Below, piece by piece: positions 21,470 to 33,800 of a stretch of DNA of 64,000 nt. The position numbers and the translations under genes were made by a program. The notes under the pieces are model-generated. The model saw only the letters and a list, made by a program, of their open reading frames with translations, ran no database searches and had not been told where the DNA came from. Every line of letters starts with the position of its first letter. Within the stretch, counting starts at the first letter, position 1. Location: assembly GCF_039654945.1 (NCBI RefSeq), contig NW_027362026.1, positions 1,736,001 to 1,800,000 on the forward strand, written 5' to 3'. This DNA is from Dendrobates tinctorius. Its lineage: Eukaryota.

Positions 21470-24449
21470 TTTTATGTGGCGAGGTTGGTGTATGTGTGGT
21501 GAAATGTGTGCTGAGGGTGGTATATGTGTTGAAGCACGTGGTAGTGTGTGGCGCATTTTGTGTGTGTGTTCGTATCCCCGTGTGTGGTGAGTATCTCATG
21601 TCAGGGCCCCACCTTAGCAATTGTGCGGTATATACTCTTGGCGCCATCGCTCTCATTCTTTAAGTCCCCCTTGTTCACATCTGGCAGCTGTCAATTTGCC
21701 TCCAACACTTTTCCTTTCACTTTTTCCCCAGTATGTAGATAGGGGCAAAATTGTTTGGTGAATTGGAACGCGCAGGGTTAAACTTTCACCTCACAACATA
21801 GCCTATGATGCTCTCGGGGTCCAGACGTGTGACTGTGCCAAATTTTATGGCTGTAGCTGCGACGGTGCGGATGCCTATCCCGGACATACATACACAATTA
21901 AGCTTTATATATTAGATATGGAGTGGCTTTTGGATCCCACTAGTGCCTTGGTTTTAGGGCAGTTTTGAATTTCATTGTGCTGTTTCCCTTGATCAATTCC
22001 CATGAATTCTTTATAGCAATACATGCACATATATAATTTGCTTGTTATTTATTATTGAAATTTTGCACTTTATTCTATTATTATGCTGTTTGCCATGTAT
22101 TTAACTTTTTGAATAATTAATTAGGGTTTGACATGCACATGTGATCAAGCATCTAGTCTGCACTTTATCCCAGTGGTTTTGATTTGTTTTGCTCATTTTG
22201 GAATACTTTTATTATGTAGAACCCTCTATATTACCTGCTTTTGGTGGCACTACTCTGTCTATATGTTTATAATTCTATTATAAACTTTGTTTTATGGTTA
22301 AATATACTCTTTAATCCTACCTTGCTTTAATAATGTGTAGTTAGGCTGCTGTGTTTATGATGACTTTTGAGTTTTGAACCCTTTATTTAATTGCGATACC
22401 TAGTCTTGGAAAACCTATGATTTAAACATCTAGATATGTTCCCTGAAGGGTCTAGTTTCCAAAATAGTGTCACTTGTGGGTGATTTCCACTGTTTAGACA
22501 CATCAGGGGCTCTCCAAACATGACATGGCGTCCGCTAATTATACCAGCAAATTCAAAAAGTCAAACGGCGCGCCTTCCCTTCCAAGCCCTGCCGTGCGCC
22601 CAAATACTGGTTTTCCCCACATATGGGGCAGCTGCATGCTCAGGAGAAATTGCCCAACAAATTGTACGGTTCGTTTTATCCTGTTTACCCTTGTGAAAGT
22701 AAAAAAATGGGTCTAAAGGAAAATTTTTGTGAGAAAAGTTAAATATTTATTTTTCCCTTAACCTGAAGGGTTAATAAAATTATTGAAAGTGGTTTTGAGC
22801 ACCTTGAGGGGTGCAGTTTTTAGAATGGTGTAACTTGTGGGTATTTTCTGTCATCTAGGCCCCTCAAAGTCACTTCAAATGTGTTGTGGTCCTTAAAAAA
22901 ATGGTTTTGTATATTTTGTTATAAAAATGAGAAATCGTTGGTCAATTTTTAACCTTTATAACTTCGTAACAAAAAAATTATGTTTCAAAAATTGTGCTGA
23001 TGCAACGTAGACATGTGGGAAATGTTATTTATTAACTGTGTGACATGACTCCCCGATTTAAGGGCATAAAAATTGACAGTTTGAAAATTGCTAAATTTTC
23101 ACCAAATTTCCAATTTTTTTTCACGAAAAAACGTAAGTTAACAAAGAAATTTCAAAAAGTACAATATTTCATTAAAAAAAAACTGCTTCTGAATCAATGG
23201 GATCCATTGAAGCATTCCAGAATTCTGAACTCATAAATTAACAGTGGTCAGAATTGAAAACATTGGGCTGGTCAGGAGGTGAAAACAGACTTCAGGGTGA
23301 AGGAGTTAAATTACTAAGCAGCAATCACAGTCACTTTCTAGTATAATAATGCAGATATATAAATGGTGCAGAGACTTCTGAGCTTCAACTTCTGCTTATA
23401 TGCACAGTCCTTATGGCACAGCTGTAAGAAGCTGAGGCTGCTAAGGATGCTCCCTTACTTGCTTCTCTAGGAGGACTGACAAGTCCATTAAATGTCTCTT
23501 TCTCCTTCACAGCTAGACCCAGGACACAGTCATGTTGTCTAACTATGTGTCTTTTCTAACTCTAAGCAACCTCCTAATAGCAGAACATAATAAGAACATC
23601 ACTTTGTGTATATATAAGCCACTTCTGTGTCCTGAATTCTCATGTAGATTATCTGCAAAGGGAATATAATTAAAGACACATACACTACAACTTTGGTGCA
23701 TTACATATTCACGCACTTTAAAAAAATGCATGTCCCCATGCATCTGCAACTTATTACTGTGGTTTAGGACAACCTGGAGGAGAAAAACACAAAAACGCAA
23801 ACAGTAGAATATCAGGGAGTCCACGAGTCTCTGTATAAATACTGTAATGTGGAACACATATAACATCATTCAAAAGTCTTTGAAGATACATTACTTGAGC
23901 GTTGTGTAAAATGAGGAAAATGAAGAACATGGGGCCTGCTGTATCACAGTCTCTTGTAGTGGACTAATTTCTCTTTACTAGTGTAAATTAAAGTACATAG
24001 AGTAAAGGATTATTTCAGTCATTCAAGGAATCTTACTGACACAGCCCTTGGTCACTCTCTGTGACCTACTCACTGAGTCACTTGAGATACTTGATGGGTG
24101 CTCATTCTTAAGGGAATTAGAGTCAACACATTCAGCAAGGGGTGACTGAGAATCAACAAGTTCATACTGTGGGTAACCAGGTTGTGGGATGGACCACTGC
24201 AAACAAGGACCAAATGACCATCCAACAGGAAACCTATTACCTTGGCATCTTGCAACTGTTTCCAATCATTCGCCAGGGGGTACCATGTCTGGAATGGCAC
24301 TCTCTGCAGGATTCTTCCTGTGATCATCTCTGAAGTCATCTTGTGGATGGTTGGAGACGTCATCTCTGCTTTTATCTCCGGAGGGATCTTGGATGTCATC
24401 TGTCAGACAAAGCTTCAGCTGACTACTGTGTACGAGTACCACCTTGGTT

Positions 24450-25245
24450 GTCTCTTCATTCTCTCTAGAGATCTTGTAAATTTCTACACTAGGCAGAGCG
24501 ATAGCTTGAATAATGTATGGGGAAGTACTCCCACTTTTTCATCTAGCTCACAGGTGCAATGATTCTTAAGCCAGACTCGATCTCCAACTGTCAGGGGTTT
24601 TGCTTTAACATTCAAGTTGTTATTCTCTTCTCTGAAGAACGATTTTCATTCTCTCTTCCACATTGACATTAGCTTTTTCTAGTCATCGCTGATGCTCTGA
24701 AACAATCGGTGTGTGTGGTAGAGAGTTGACTATCTCTGGAACTCCCACTTCCAAGGCAACATCTGCTGTAGTCTTCCTGTCTACCAAACATCACGTGATA
24801 AGGCTTATACCTGGTGGAACAGTGGACATTTTTATTTTAGACCATTTCTGGCCATAGATTTGGCCAGTCAGTTATCCGCTGAGCAGGTATTGCATGCATG
24901 CAGCATATCAATCAGAGTCTGATTTATCCGCTCACACAGGCTGTTACACTGTGGATCATACGCAATTGTACACAATTTCTTACAGCCATAGGGGTTACAC
25001 AGTTCTTGGAACAATTCCCATTCCAATGCAACATCTCTATCAGTTAGGATCTTTTCTGGATATCCATAAGGTTGTACAAAAGTCTCTCAGAAAATTTTGA
25101 CTGTCAATTTTGCTGTAAGATGTTTAACTGGCACTGTTACAGCAAATTTTGTATAGTGGTCGATGATATTCTGGAAGTAGGAGATTCCAACTGCACTAGG
25201 CTGTAGTTTCACATGATCCAATGTCAATGTAGCAAAACGGATGTC
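24450..25245 (-). pseudogene. pol: Degenerate Gypsy integrase
   Basis: Manual translation gives LTLDHV..IIDHYTKFAV..YGYPEKILTD..CERINQTLIDML and KAKPLTVGDRVWLK. Confidence 0.8.
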
Positions 25246-26403
25246 CTAAAACTTAACCTTTACTATATAAGCCCATATATGCACTATTCATTGTATTTCC
25301 TAACGGTATTTTTTTGCATTTGCACTTTATATACCGGTACATAGTGTTATGTTCCAGCCCTCTCCTTACTATAGTGGCACTTCACAAGTACACATGTATC
25401 TCGTTGGTATCTCGTTGGTGAGTTTGCTGACATTTTCGCATTTGCACTTTACTTACTGAATCAGTATCTTTTGTGAATTGGTCTACTTTCACCTGGTCAT
25501 TGTTTTAATATATCTTTTTGCACTCTAGCACTTTATTACTATAGCTATATTTGCACATTTTACTTTGTTCAATTTTTGATTTATTGATTTTCTTTGGTTG
25601 CAATCATCCTTGCTATATTCATGTGCAATATAGAGGTGCTACATTGATTCCTAGTTTTGCCCTCTCCTTTTGGTATTTGTGTTCCCACTATTTTTTGTAT
25701 GTTATTGGATTTTGTGAATAAAATATTTATTTTATTTCAATCATTGGACACATGTTGTTCGGTTTTTTCGCAGTTGATGTAACCTTTATTAGGTATATTG
25801 TTAAAAAATATGACCAACAATTAACATGAAAAAAAAAGGGGGGAACCACAGTGAATGAAGTGTGCCCTATTACCAATGAACAAAAAAGGGGGTAGTGAAA
25901 GGTACGAATAGCACCTCAAGTCCTAATAATCAACCTGACCTGATAGACCGGCTGACTATAGTTGCCCTTAGGACTTGTTATCCATATCGCAACTTATCAG
26001 ATCAATGGTATAAAGTGTTCTAAGTGCAATTGCAACCATGTAGCCATATATGGTGGAGAGGGTTGGGTCCAAATATATCATGTACGTGACCCTATAGCAC
26101 ATCAGTACCCATGAATCCACCATATAAGTACCAATAGACAACCACTGGGCCAAAAAGCCCTACCAGTGGGATATATGCAGCTTCATAAATAAAGCGTTGC
26201 AACCAATGTACACCAAAATACAGCCAAATGGGTTATAGGATTATACATATGCCCTCATATCAGACATGAGTGTCCCTTACAGCCATCGGTATTATAAGGT
26301 GTCATTAGTGACTTTTCATATTATAGACATATACCATAGATACTGGCATGTTGTGAACAGTATCCAATAAAAAAAAACATCGCAGCAAGAAAAATGTTTT
26401 ACA

Positions 26404-26443
26404 CTCCCCTGATGAGTCCTCTGTGGATGAAACACGTCAGGAG
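26404..26443 (+). ncRNA. Minimal type I hammerhead ribozyme motif (Penelope/retrozyme type)
   Basis: CTCCC-CTGATGA-GTCC-TCTGT-GGAT-GAAA-C-AC-GTC-AGGAG: intact core, stems I and II, GUC triplet ending at 26438. Confidence 0.7.
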
Positions 26444-26633
26444 ATGCTAATTATGACTGAGGCTTTGACATCATCTCGCCCCAAGACAGAGAAAGTACTG
26501 AAAAGATGTCTCCTCTGACAGATTGTGTGAGATCAAGCCTTGTTGGCTGTTTTTTACTTTCTCAGTCTCACCTGTTGATCACTGAGATTCAGTAAGCGAA
26601 TAGGTGTAAGAGGGTCAGGACCTAGTCCTTTAA

Positions 26634-27015
26634 GGCTGAGTGCAGATGGACTTTTTAGCCCTGCAGATTTTTCCGCGCAGAATGGAAGAAATCCGCAGGT
26701 CAAATGGCCTGCATTTTTCCTGCGGATTTCTTCCATTTTTCATGTGGTTTTCATGTGGTTTTCTTGCGGTTTTCCACTGCGGTTTTCCCCCTGCGGATTT
26801 GGTGACAGGGGAGATGGAAAACCGCACAAAAGAAGTAACATGCTGCGGATTTTGTACCGCGGGAAAACCGCGCGGAAAAATCTGCAGTGTCTGCACAGCG
26901 GTTTTTTTTTCATTGATGTTAAGGCTACTGTACATCACAATGCGAATATGCAACGTTTCTGCGCGGTAAAATCCACTGCGGATCCGCTGCAAATCTGCAT
27001 CGTGTGCACACAGCC
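26634..27015. mobile_element. Harbinger-type MITE
   Basis: TIR GGCTGAGTGCA / TGCACACAGCC; TAA TSD; internal TGCGG repeats. Confidence 0.85.
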
Positions 27016-27226
27016 TAAATGTTGATGCTACTGTTTACATGTACATAATTGTCATATTTACATGTGTAGTATTTACATATTTTTGTATTATGTAAGCTGT
27101 ATATATCTGTTTATTGCCATATTGTACTATATGTAAGTTAGGGACAGTGCAGTTAGGGAAAATGACCACTAGATGGGGCCACTGAGTACACTGCATAGGA
27201 AAGCATAGTTCTAGGACATGTTAGAG

Positions 27227-27926
27227 CAGGGGTCCCCAACCACCGGTCCGCGGCCCAGGACCGGGCCATTGGGGTTCTTTTGCCGGTCCGCGGAGCTGCT
27301 GCAGACCAGCAGTAAACACTGACAGTGTGCTCTGCGGCGGCTCACAGCACACTGCAGATGCCTGCCCTGGCTGTTTGTTATCACCGGGTGAATCGCGCGT
27401 AGAGGCACGCAGCGCTCATCACATATGAACACTGCAACGCATGTGTGGCTGCAGGTGGGAACGCGCTGACATTGTTATGTGTCAGCGCTGTCTGTGGGCA
27501 GGGAGCAAGCCCTCTGCTTTCCTGCCCGTGGCCATAGTAACATTGCAGCCGTGGCCCGACTGAAGCAGCAGGGAATGAAGNNNNNNNNNNNNNNNNNNNN
27601 NNNNNNNNNNNNNNNNNNNNNNNNNNNNNNNNNNNNNNNNNNNNNNNNNNNNNNNNNNNNNNNNNNNNNNNNNNNNNNNNNNNNNNNNNNNNNNNNNNNN
27701 NNNNNNNNNNNNNNNNNNNNNNNNNNNNNNNNNNNNNNNNNNNNNNNNNNNNNNNNNNNNNNNNNNNNNNNNNNNNNNNNNNNNNNNNNNNNNNNNNNNN
27801 NNNNNNNNNNNNNNNNNNNNNNNNNNNNNNNNNNNNNNNNNNNNNNNNNNNNNNACCCTGCTGGGCCATGGAAGAATGGTCTTGCTGGAAGCCGGTCCGT
27901 GGTGCAAAAAAGGTTGGGGACCACTG
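27227..27926. mobile_element. hAT (Charlie-type) MITE containing an assembly gap
   Basis: TIR CAGGGGTCCCCAACC / GGTTGGGGACCACTG; 8-bp TSD TGTTAGAG vs CTTTAGAG (6/8). Confidence 0.8.
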
Positions 27927-30096
27927 CTTTAGAGGTTAATTGTAGGAGTGGTAGCTGGGAATAGGAGAGAGTTTTTCCTTTTCTTTTCAATGATCTTTTT
28001 ATTGATTAATCAAAGGATGATAACACCACACAGAAATAACCTATTTCAGGTAACATGGATTGTAATGGTGTAAAACATTTAGCAAATGCAAAATATTTTC
28101 ATTTATGAAAGAGTAGAACTAACAATAGAGATGAGGGGGAAGAGAGCCGTAAAGAAAATGGGGGAAAGAGAGAAGGAAAGAGAGAGGCGGGGGGGGAAGT
28201 AGAGGAGAGATAGAGAGGGTAAGTGTTCCGAAACATCACAGACCAAGTTTCGAGTTAATCAAATATTCATACTTGTAGAGGCTTGAGGGTAGATCTATAC
28301 TTAATCCAGGAGCACCAGTTCTCTTCAAAAGATAACTGTGAGTGGTTCACCGAGACAACAAACTCAGCCATACGATGTAGTTGGTCAATTTTTGTCAGCA
28401 GTTGGTGAGAAGTGTGTATCTGGGTTGTACCCCAGAAAGTTGGAATTAGGAGTTTGGCCGCAGATATAATATTGTGGACTAAGGTGGGAGCCTTCTTGTG
28501 TTTGAAGTATATAGGAAGGTTCAGCAGAGCCGTCTCGGGTGTCAGCGACACTGAGGACTCTGCGATATCTCTGATGAATTTCTCTGTTGCTGCCCAAAAG
28601 GGTCGGAGGACAGGGCAAGTCCACCATATATGAAGGCAGTCACACCCGCTTCCTCGCATTGCCAACACCTAGCCTGAGCTCCTGACCGCCAGGTACAAGT
28701 CTGTGCCGGTGTAAATACCATCGTGTAACTATTTTAAAAGCGTTTTCTTGGGTTTTCATGCAGCTCGTTGGGCCGTGCGAATGCGTATAGATATGGTCTA
28801 TTTGTGATTGTGTGAATTTGTATCCTAGGTCTTTTTCCCAGAGGGCAATGTATGCTTTTTCAGGGATGGGTCTTTAGATAAGAGTGTCTGGTAAATTGTA
28901 GAGAGGACCTTGGTTGGTCTTGATACACTGGAGCAGAGAAATTCATATGGTGTAAGCTTGCATGGATTATCCGGGCAATATTGTATACGTTTCAATAGCT
29001 CTCTCAAAGAATTATAGTGGAGAAAAGTGAAGCTTGAGGGGGCCAAGAGATCACTCAATTCAGTCAGCGGAAGGAGTGCCCCATCCGCCATTATCTGATC
29101 AATGGAGATTTGTCTCAATTTCTGGGCTAGGTCACCTCCCTCCCTTAATGCGTCCAGAGATGGAGACAAGGCATCGGATAGTGTCAATAGTGAGGATGAG
29201 GGGGGTACCAGGAGGGTGTGGAAGCTCGACCAAACCCTGAGCAAAGCAAGAAAGAGGGGGTTGTTGGGGGGGAAGGGATTCTATCTCCTAGTATATGTCA
29301 ACAGTAGAGACCTAAGGGGGTATAGGAGATAGAATGTTTTCTATGTTGACCCAATGTTTGTCACTAGAATTCCTAATCAGGTCCACTGATCGAGAAAGCA
29401 CCGCTGCATAGTAATAGCTTTTGATATCGGGGGCTCCCATTCCCCCTCTATGTTTTGGCAATGATAGTGTGTGCGAGTTAATGCGGGGTCTTGCGCCCCT
29501 CCAGATGTATTTGAAAAATAAAGAGTTCACTCTAGCGAGGAAATAGTTTGGTACATGGATGGGTAGAGTTGAGAATAGGTATGTGAATTTGGGAAGGATC
29601 AAGCTTTTTAGGAGATTCTTCCTTCCCGTCCATGACAGAAAAGGGTCTCTCCACGATTTAATAATGGACTGCACCCTGTCCAGAAAGGGATAATAGTTAA
29701 GCTGGAAAAGTTCTTTATCAGATCTAGCTAATTTTATACCTAGGTAAGTAATATATCTACTAGGCCAGGCAAAAGGGTAGAGCTCCTTCAAATTATCCAG
29801 AGTGTGGGCAGGCACGTTTAGGTCTAGAGCTTCCGATTTTGACGCATTCACCTTAAAGTTAGTGAGGTTGCCATATTCCTCAAGAATTCCCATTAAGGCA
29901 GGAAACCCTCGTAGCGGATTCGTCATCAAAACCAACAAGTCGTCAGCAAAAGCCGCAGACTTATGGTGATTTTTACCAATTTTGATGCCCTCAATTTCTT
30001 TACTTTGCTGGATTGCACACAACAGCGGCTCCATCGCTAGTATGAAAAGGATGTTTTGGATGGTGAATGCGCCTGTCAGGGAACCATTGACTCTAA

Positions 30097-30501
30097 GGGT
30101 ACTGTTACACGTAGCGATGCATCAGCGATCCCGACCAGCGATATGACCCGGTCAGGATCGCTGGTGCATCGCTAAGTGGTTGCTAGTGAGCTGCTGCACA
30201 GGCAGATCTCACCAGCGACATAGAAGCGGTCGGGGGTCGCTACTTACCTGTCAGTCGAGGCGATCCTGACGTCCTCCCGCCCGCGTCCACGCGTCGCTCG
30301 TCGGCGCCACAGGAAGCCCAGCAGGAATCGGCCGACGAGAAATGGCCCAGGCCGTTCTCGCACGATCAGTGATCATCGCGGGGGGTCGGTCGGAGCTAAG
30401 TGTCACATGTAGCGATATCGCTAGCAATATCGCTGCTACGTCACAAAACCAGTGACGTTACAGCGATAATGCTAGCGATATCGCTATGTGTAACGGGCCC
30501 C
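30097..30501. mobile_element. Harbinger-type MITE inserted in the L1 RT
   Basis: TIR GGGTACTGTTACAC / GTGTAACGGGCCCC; TAA TSD. Removal restores DPTACI-RVNGS. Confidence 0.9.
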
Positions 30502-30870
30502 TAATACATGCAGTAGGGTCACTATACATTTTCATAATGGTCGAAACTAATGGTAAGGGGAAGCCAAAGCAGGTCAATGCCTCTCCCAGATAAGCCCAGT
30601 CCACCCTGTCAAACGCCTTTTCAGCGTCAGTCCCGAGAAGCACCAAGGGAAGATTTTTTTGTTTTGCAAAATGCATGAGATGAAGTATTTTGTATGTGTT
30701 ATCCCTTCCCTCTCCCCCCCCCCCCCACAAAGCCTGTTTGGTTTAACGAGATTAATTCTGGCAAGAATTTTGCGATTCTTCGTGCAATCATACGAGCGAA
30801 CATCTTTAGGTCAACGTTTAACAAGGATATCGGTTGATAATTCAGCATCTTTACCTTCCTTTTGTATTAA

Positions 30871-33800
30871 CCCCTTCACTACCAAGGGTGGTTTGCACGT
30901 TAACTCCCGGGCCAATTTTTACAATTCTGACCACTGTACCTTTATGAGGTCATAACTCTGGAACGCTTTCATGGATCCCGGTGATTCTGACATTGTTTTC
31001 TCGTGACATATTGTACTTCATGTTAGTGGTAAAATTGCATTCAAATAACTTGCGTTTATTTGTGAAAAAAATGGAAATTTGGCGAAAATTTTGAAAATTT
31101 CGCAATTTTCCAACTTTGAATTTTTATGCCCTTAAATCACAGCGATACGGCACACAAAAAACTTAATACATAACATTTCCCACATGTTTACTTTACATCA
31201 GCACAATTTTGGAACCAAAATTTTTTTTTGTTAGGAAGTTATAAGGGTTAAAAATTGACCAGCGATTTCTCATTTTTGCAACACCATTTTATTTTTAGGG
31301 ACCACTTCACATTTGAAGCCACTTTGAGGGGTCTATATGATAGAAAATACCCAAAAGTGACACCATTCTAAAAACTGCACCCCTTAAGGTGCTTAAAACC
31401 ACATTCAAGAAGTTTATTAACCCTTTAGATGCGTCACAGGAATTTTTTGAATATTAAAAAAAAAATGAACATTTAACTTTTTTTCACAAAAAAATACTTC
31501 AGGTTCAATTTTCTTTATTTTACCAAGGGTAACAGGAGAAATTGGACTTCAAAAGTTATTTTGCAATTTGTCCTGAGTATGCTGATACCTGATATGTGGG
31601 GGGGAACCACTGTTTCGGCGCATGGCAGACCTCAGTAGGGAAGGAGCGCCGTTTGACTTTTTCAATGCAAAATTGGCTGGAATTCAGATCGGACGCCATG
31701 TCGCGTTTGGAGAGCCCCTGATGTACCTAAACAGTGGAAACCCCCCAAGTGACCCCATTTTGGAAACTAGACCCCCCAAGGAACTTATCTAGATATGTGG
31801 TGAGAACTTTGAACCCACAAGGGCTTCACAGAAGTTTATAACGTACAGCGGTACAATTAAAAAATCATATTTTTTCCACAAAAATGATCTTTTCACCCCC
31901 AATTTTTATTTTTCCAAGGGTAACAGGACCCTAAAAGTTATTGTGCAATTTGTCCTGAGTACGCTGATACCCCATATGTGGGTGTAAATGACTATTTGGG
32001 CGCATAGCAGAGCTCAGAAGGGAAGAAGCGCCATTTGACGTTTTTGGCTAGAATTGAGATCGGAAACCATGTCGCGATTGGAAAACCCCTGATGTACCAA
32101 AACAGTGGAAACCCCCCACAAATGACACCATTTTGGAATCTAGACCCCACAAGGAACTTATCTAGATGTGTGGTGAGAACTTTGAACCCCCAAGGGCTTC
32201 ACAGAAGTTTATAACGTACAGCAGTACAATTAAAAAATCATATTTTTTCCACAAAAATGATCTTTTCACCCTCAATTCTTATTTTTCCAAAAGTAACAGG
32301 ACCCTAAAAGATATTGTGCAATTTATCCTGAGTACGCTGATACCCCACATGTGGGTGTAAACCACTATTTGGGCGCATGGCAGAGCTCGGAAGGGAAGCA
32401 GCGCCATTTGACGTTTTTGGCTGGAATTGAGATCGGACACCATGTCGCGTTAGGAAAGCCCCTGATGTACCAAAACAGTAGAAACCCCCCACAAATGACA
32501 CCATTTTGGAAACTAGACCCCCATGGAACTTATCTAGATGTGTGGTGAGCACTTTGAACCCCCCAGTGCTTCACTGAAGTTTATAACGCCTGGGCGTGAA
32601 AATAAAAAAAACATTTTTTTCCGCAAAATTATATTTTTGCCCCCAATTTTTTATTTTCCTAAGGGTAACAGGAGAAATTGGACCCCAAAAGTTGTTTTGT
32701 AATTTGTCCTGAGTAGGCTGATACCCTACATGTGGGGGTAAAACACTGTTTGGGCACATGGCAGAGCTTGGAAGGGAAGGAGCACCATTTGACTTTTTCA
32801 ACGCAGAATTGGCTGGAATTGAGATCAGACGCCATGTTGCCTTTGGAGAGCACCTAATGTGCCCAAACAGTGGAAACCCCCAATTATAACTCCAACCCTA
32901 ACCTCATCACACCCCTAANNNNNNNNNNNNNNNNNNNNNNNNNNNNNNNNNNNNNNNNNNNNNNNNNNNNNNNNNNNNNNNNNNNNNNNNNNNNNNNNNN
33001 NNNNNNNNNNNNNNNNNNNNNNNNNNNNNNNNNNNNNNNNNNNNNNNNNNNNNNNNNNNNNNNNNNNNNNAAATACATTTTCTTTTAGTTTTATTATTTT
33101 TCCCTAACTAAGGGGGTGATAATGGGGGGGTTGATTTACGATTTATGGCGGTTTTTATGTTTGGCGGCTGTCGTACGCTAAAAGACGCTTTTTATTGTAA
33201 AAATAGTTTTTGCATCACCACATATTGTGAGCTATAATTTTTCCGTATTTTGACCCACCGAGTCATGTGAGGTCTTATTTTTTGCGGGACGAGTTGACGT
33301 TTTTATTGGTACCATTTTCGGGCACGTGACATTTTTTGATCGCTTTTTATTCCGATTTTTGGGACGCAGAATGAACAAAAACCAGCGTTTCATGAATTTC
33401 TTTTGGGGGGTGCGTTTACACCGTTCCGCGTGCGGTAAAATTGATAACGCGTTTTTATTCTTCGGGTCAGTACGGTTACAGCATTACCTCATTTAGGTCA
33501 TTTTTTTATGTTTTGTCGGTTTTTTGCAATGAAAACAATTTTATATAAAAAATAATTATTTTTGTATCGCTTTATTCTGCGAGCTATAACTTTTTTATTT
33601 TTTTGCGGATGATGCTGTATGGCAGCTCATTTTTTGCGGGACAAGATGACGTTTTCAGCGGTACCATGCATATTTATATGCGTCTTTTTGATCGCGCGTT
33701 ATTGCACTTTTTGTTCGGTGGTATGATAATAAATCATTATTTTTTGCTTCGTTTTTTATTTTTATTTTTTAAGGGGTTCGCTAAAGGGGTTAACTAATAG

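Larger units (their letters stand above)
9029..21916 (-). mobile_element. Non-autonomous Helitron carrying nested insertions
   Basis: Minus strand starts TC (21916-21915) after A and ends CTAG (9032-9029) before T. GC hairpin GCCCGGC-GTT-GCCTGGGC at 9040-9057 near the 3' end. No TSD. Confidence 0.85.
8806..22425 (+). mobile_element. Short (~730 bp once the Helitron is removed) Penelope-like/retrozyme-like insert starting with a degenerate hammerhead motif
   Basis: 13-bp direct repeat ACATCTAGATATG at 8793-8805 and 22426-22438. Starts CCTT-CAGACGA-AGATAAGGC-GAAA-CACGCGTA-GGGG. Body is AT-rich and TGCAC-rich. Confidence 0.6.
4660..23305 (-). mobile_element. Fragmented piggyBac-like (TTAA) non-autonomous element; outer shell of the nest
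   Basis: 4660-5510, ~7650-8805 and 22426-23305 match the reverse complement of parts of the element at 30871-34564. Right end GAAGGAG followed by TTAA (23306-23309). Left end not found. Confidence 0.6.

Noticed and set aside
27381-27990. ORFs of 141-171 aa
   Set aside because: They are open only because they cross an N gap. The same applies at 32870-33088.
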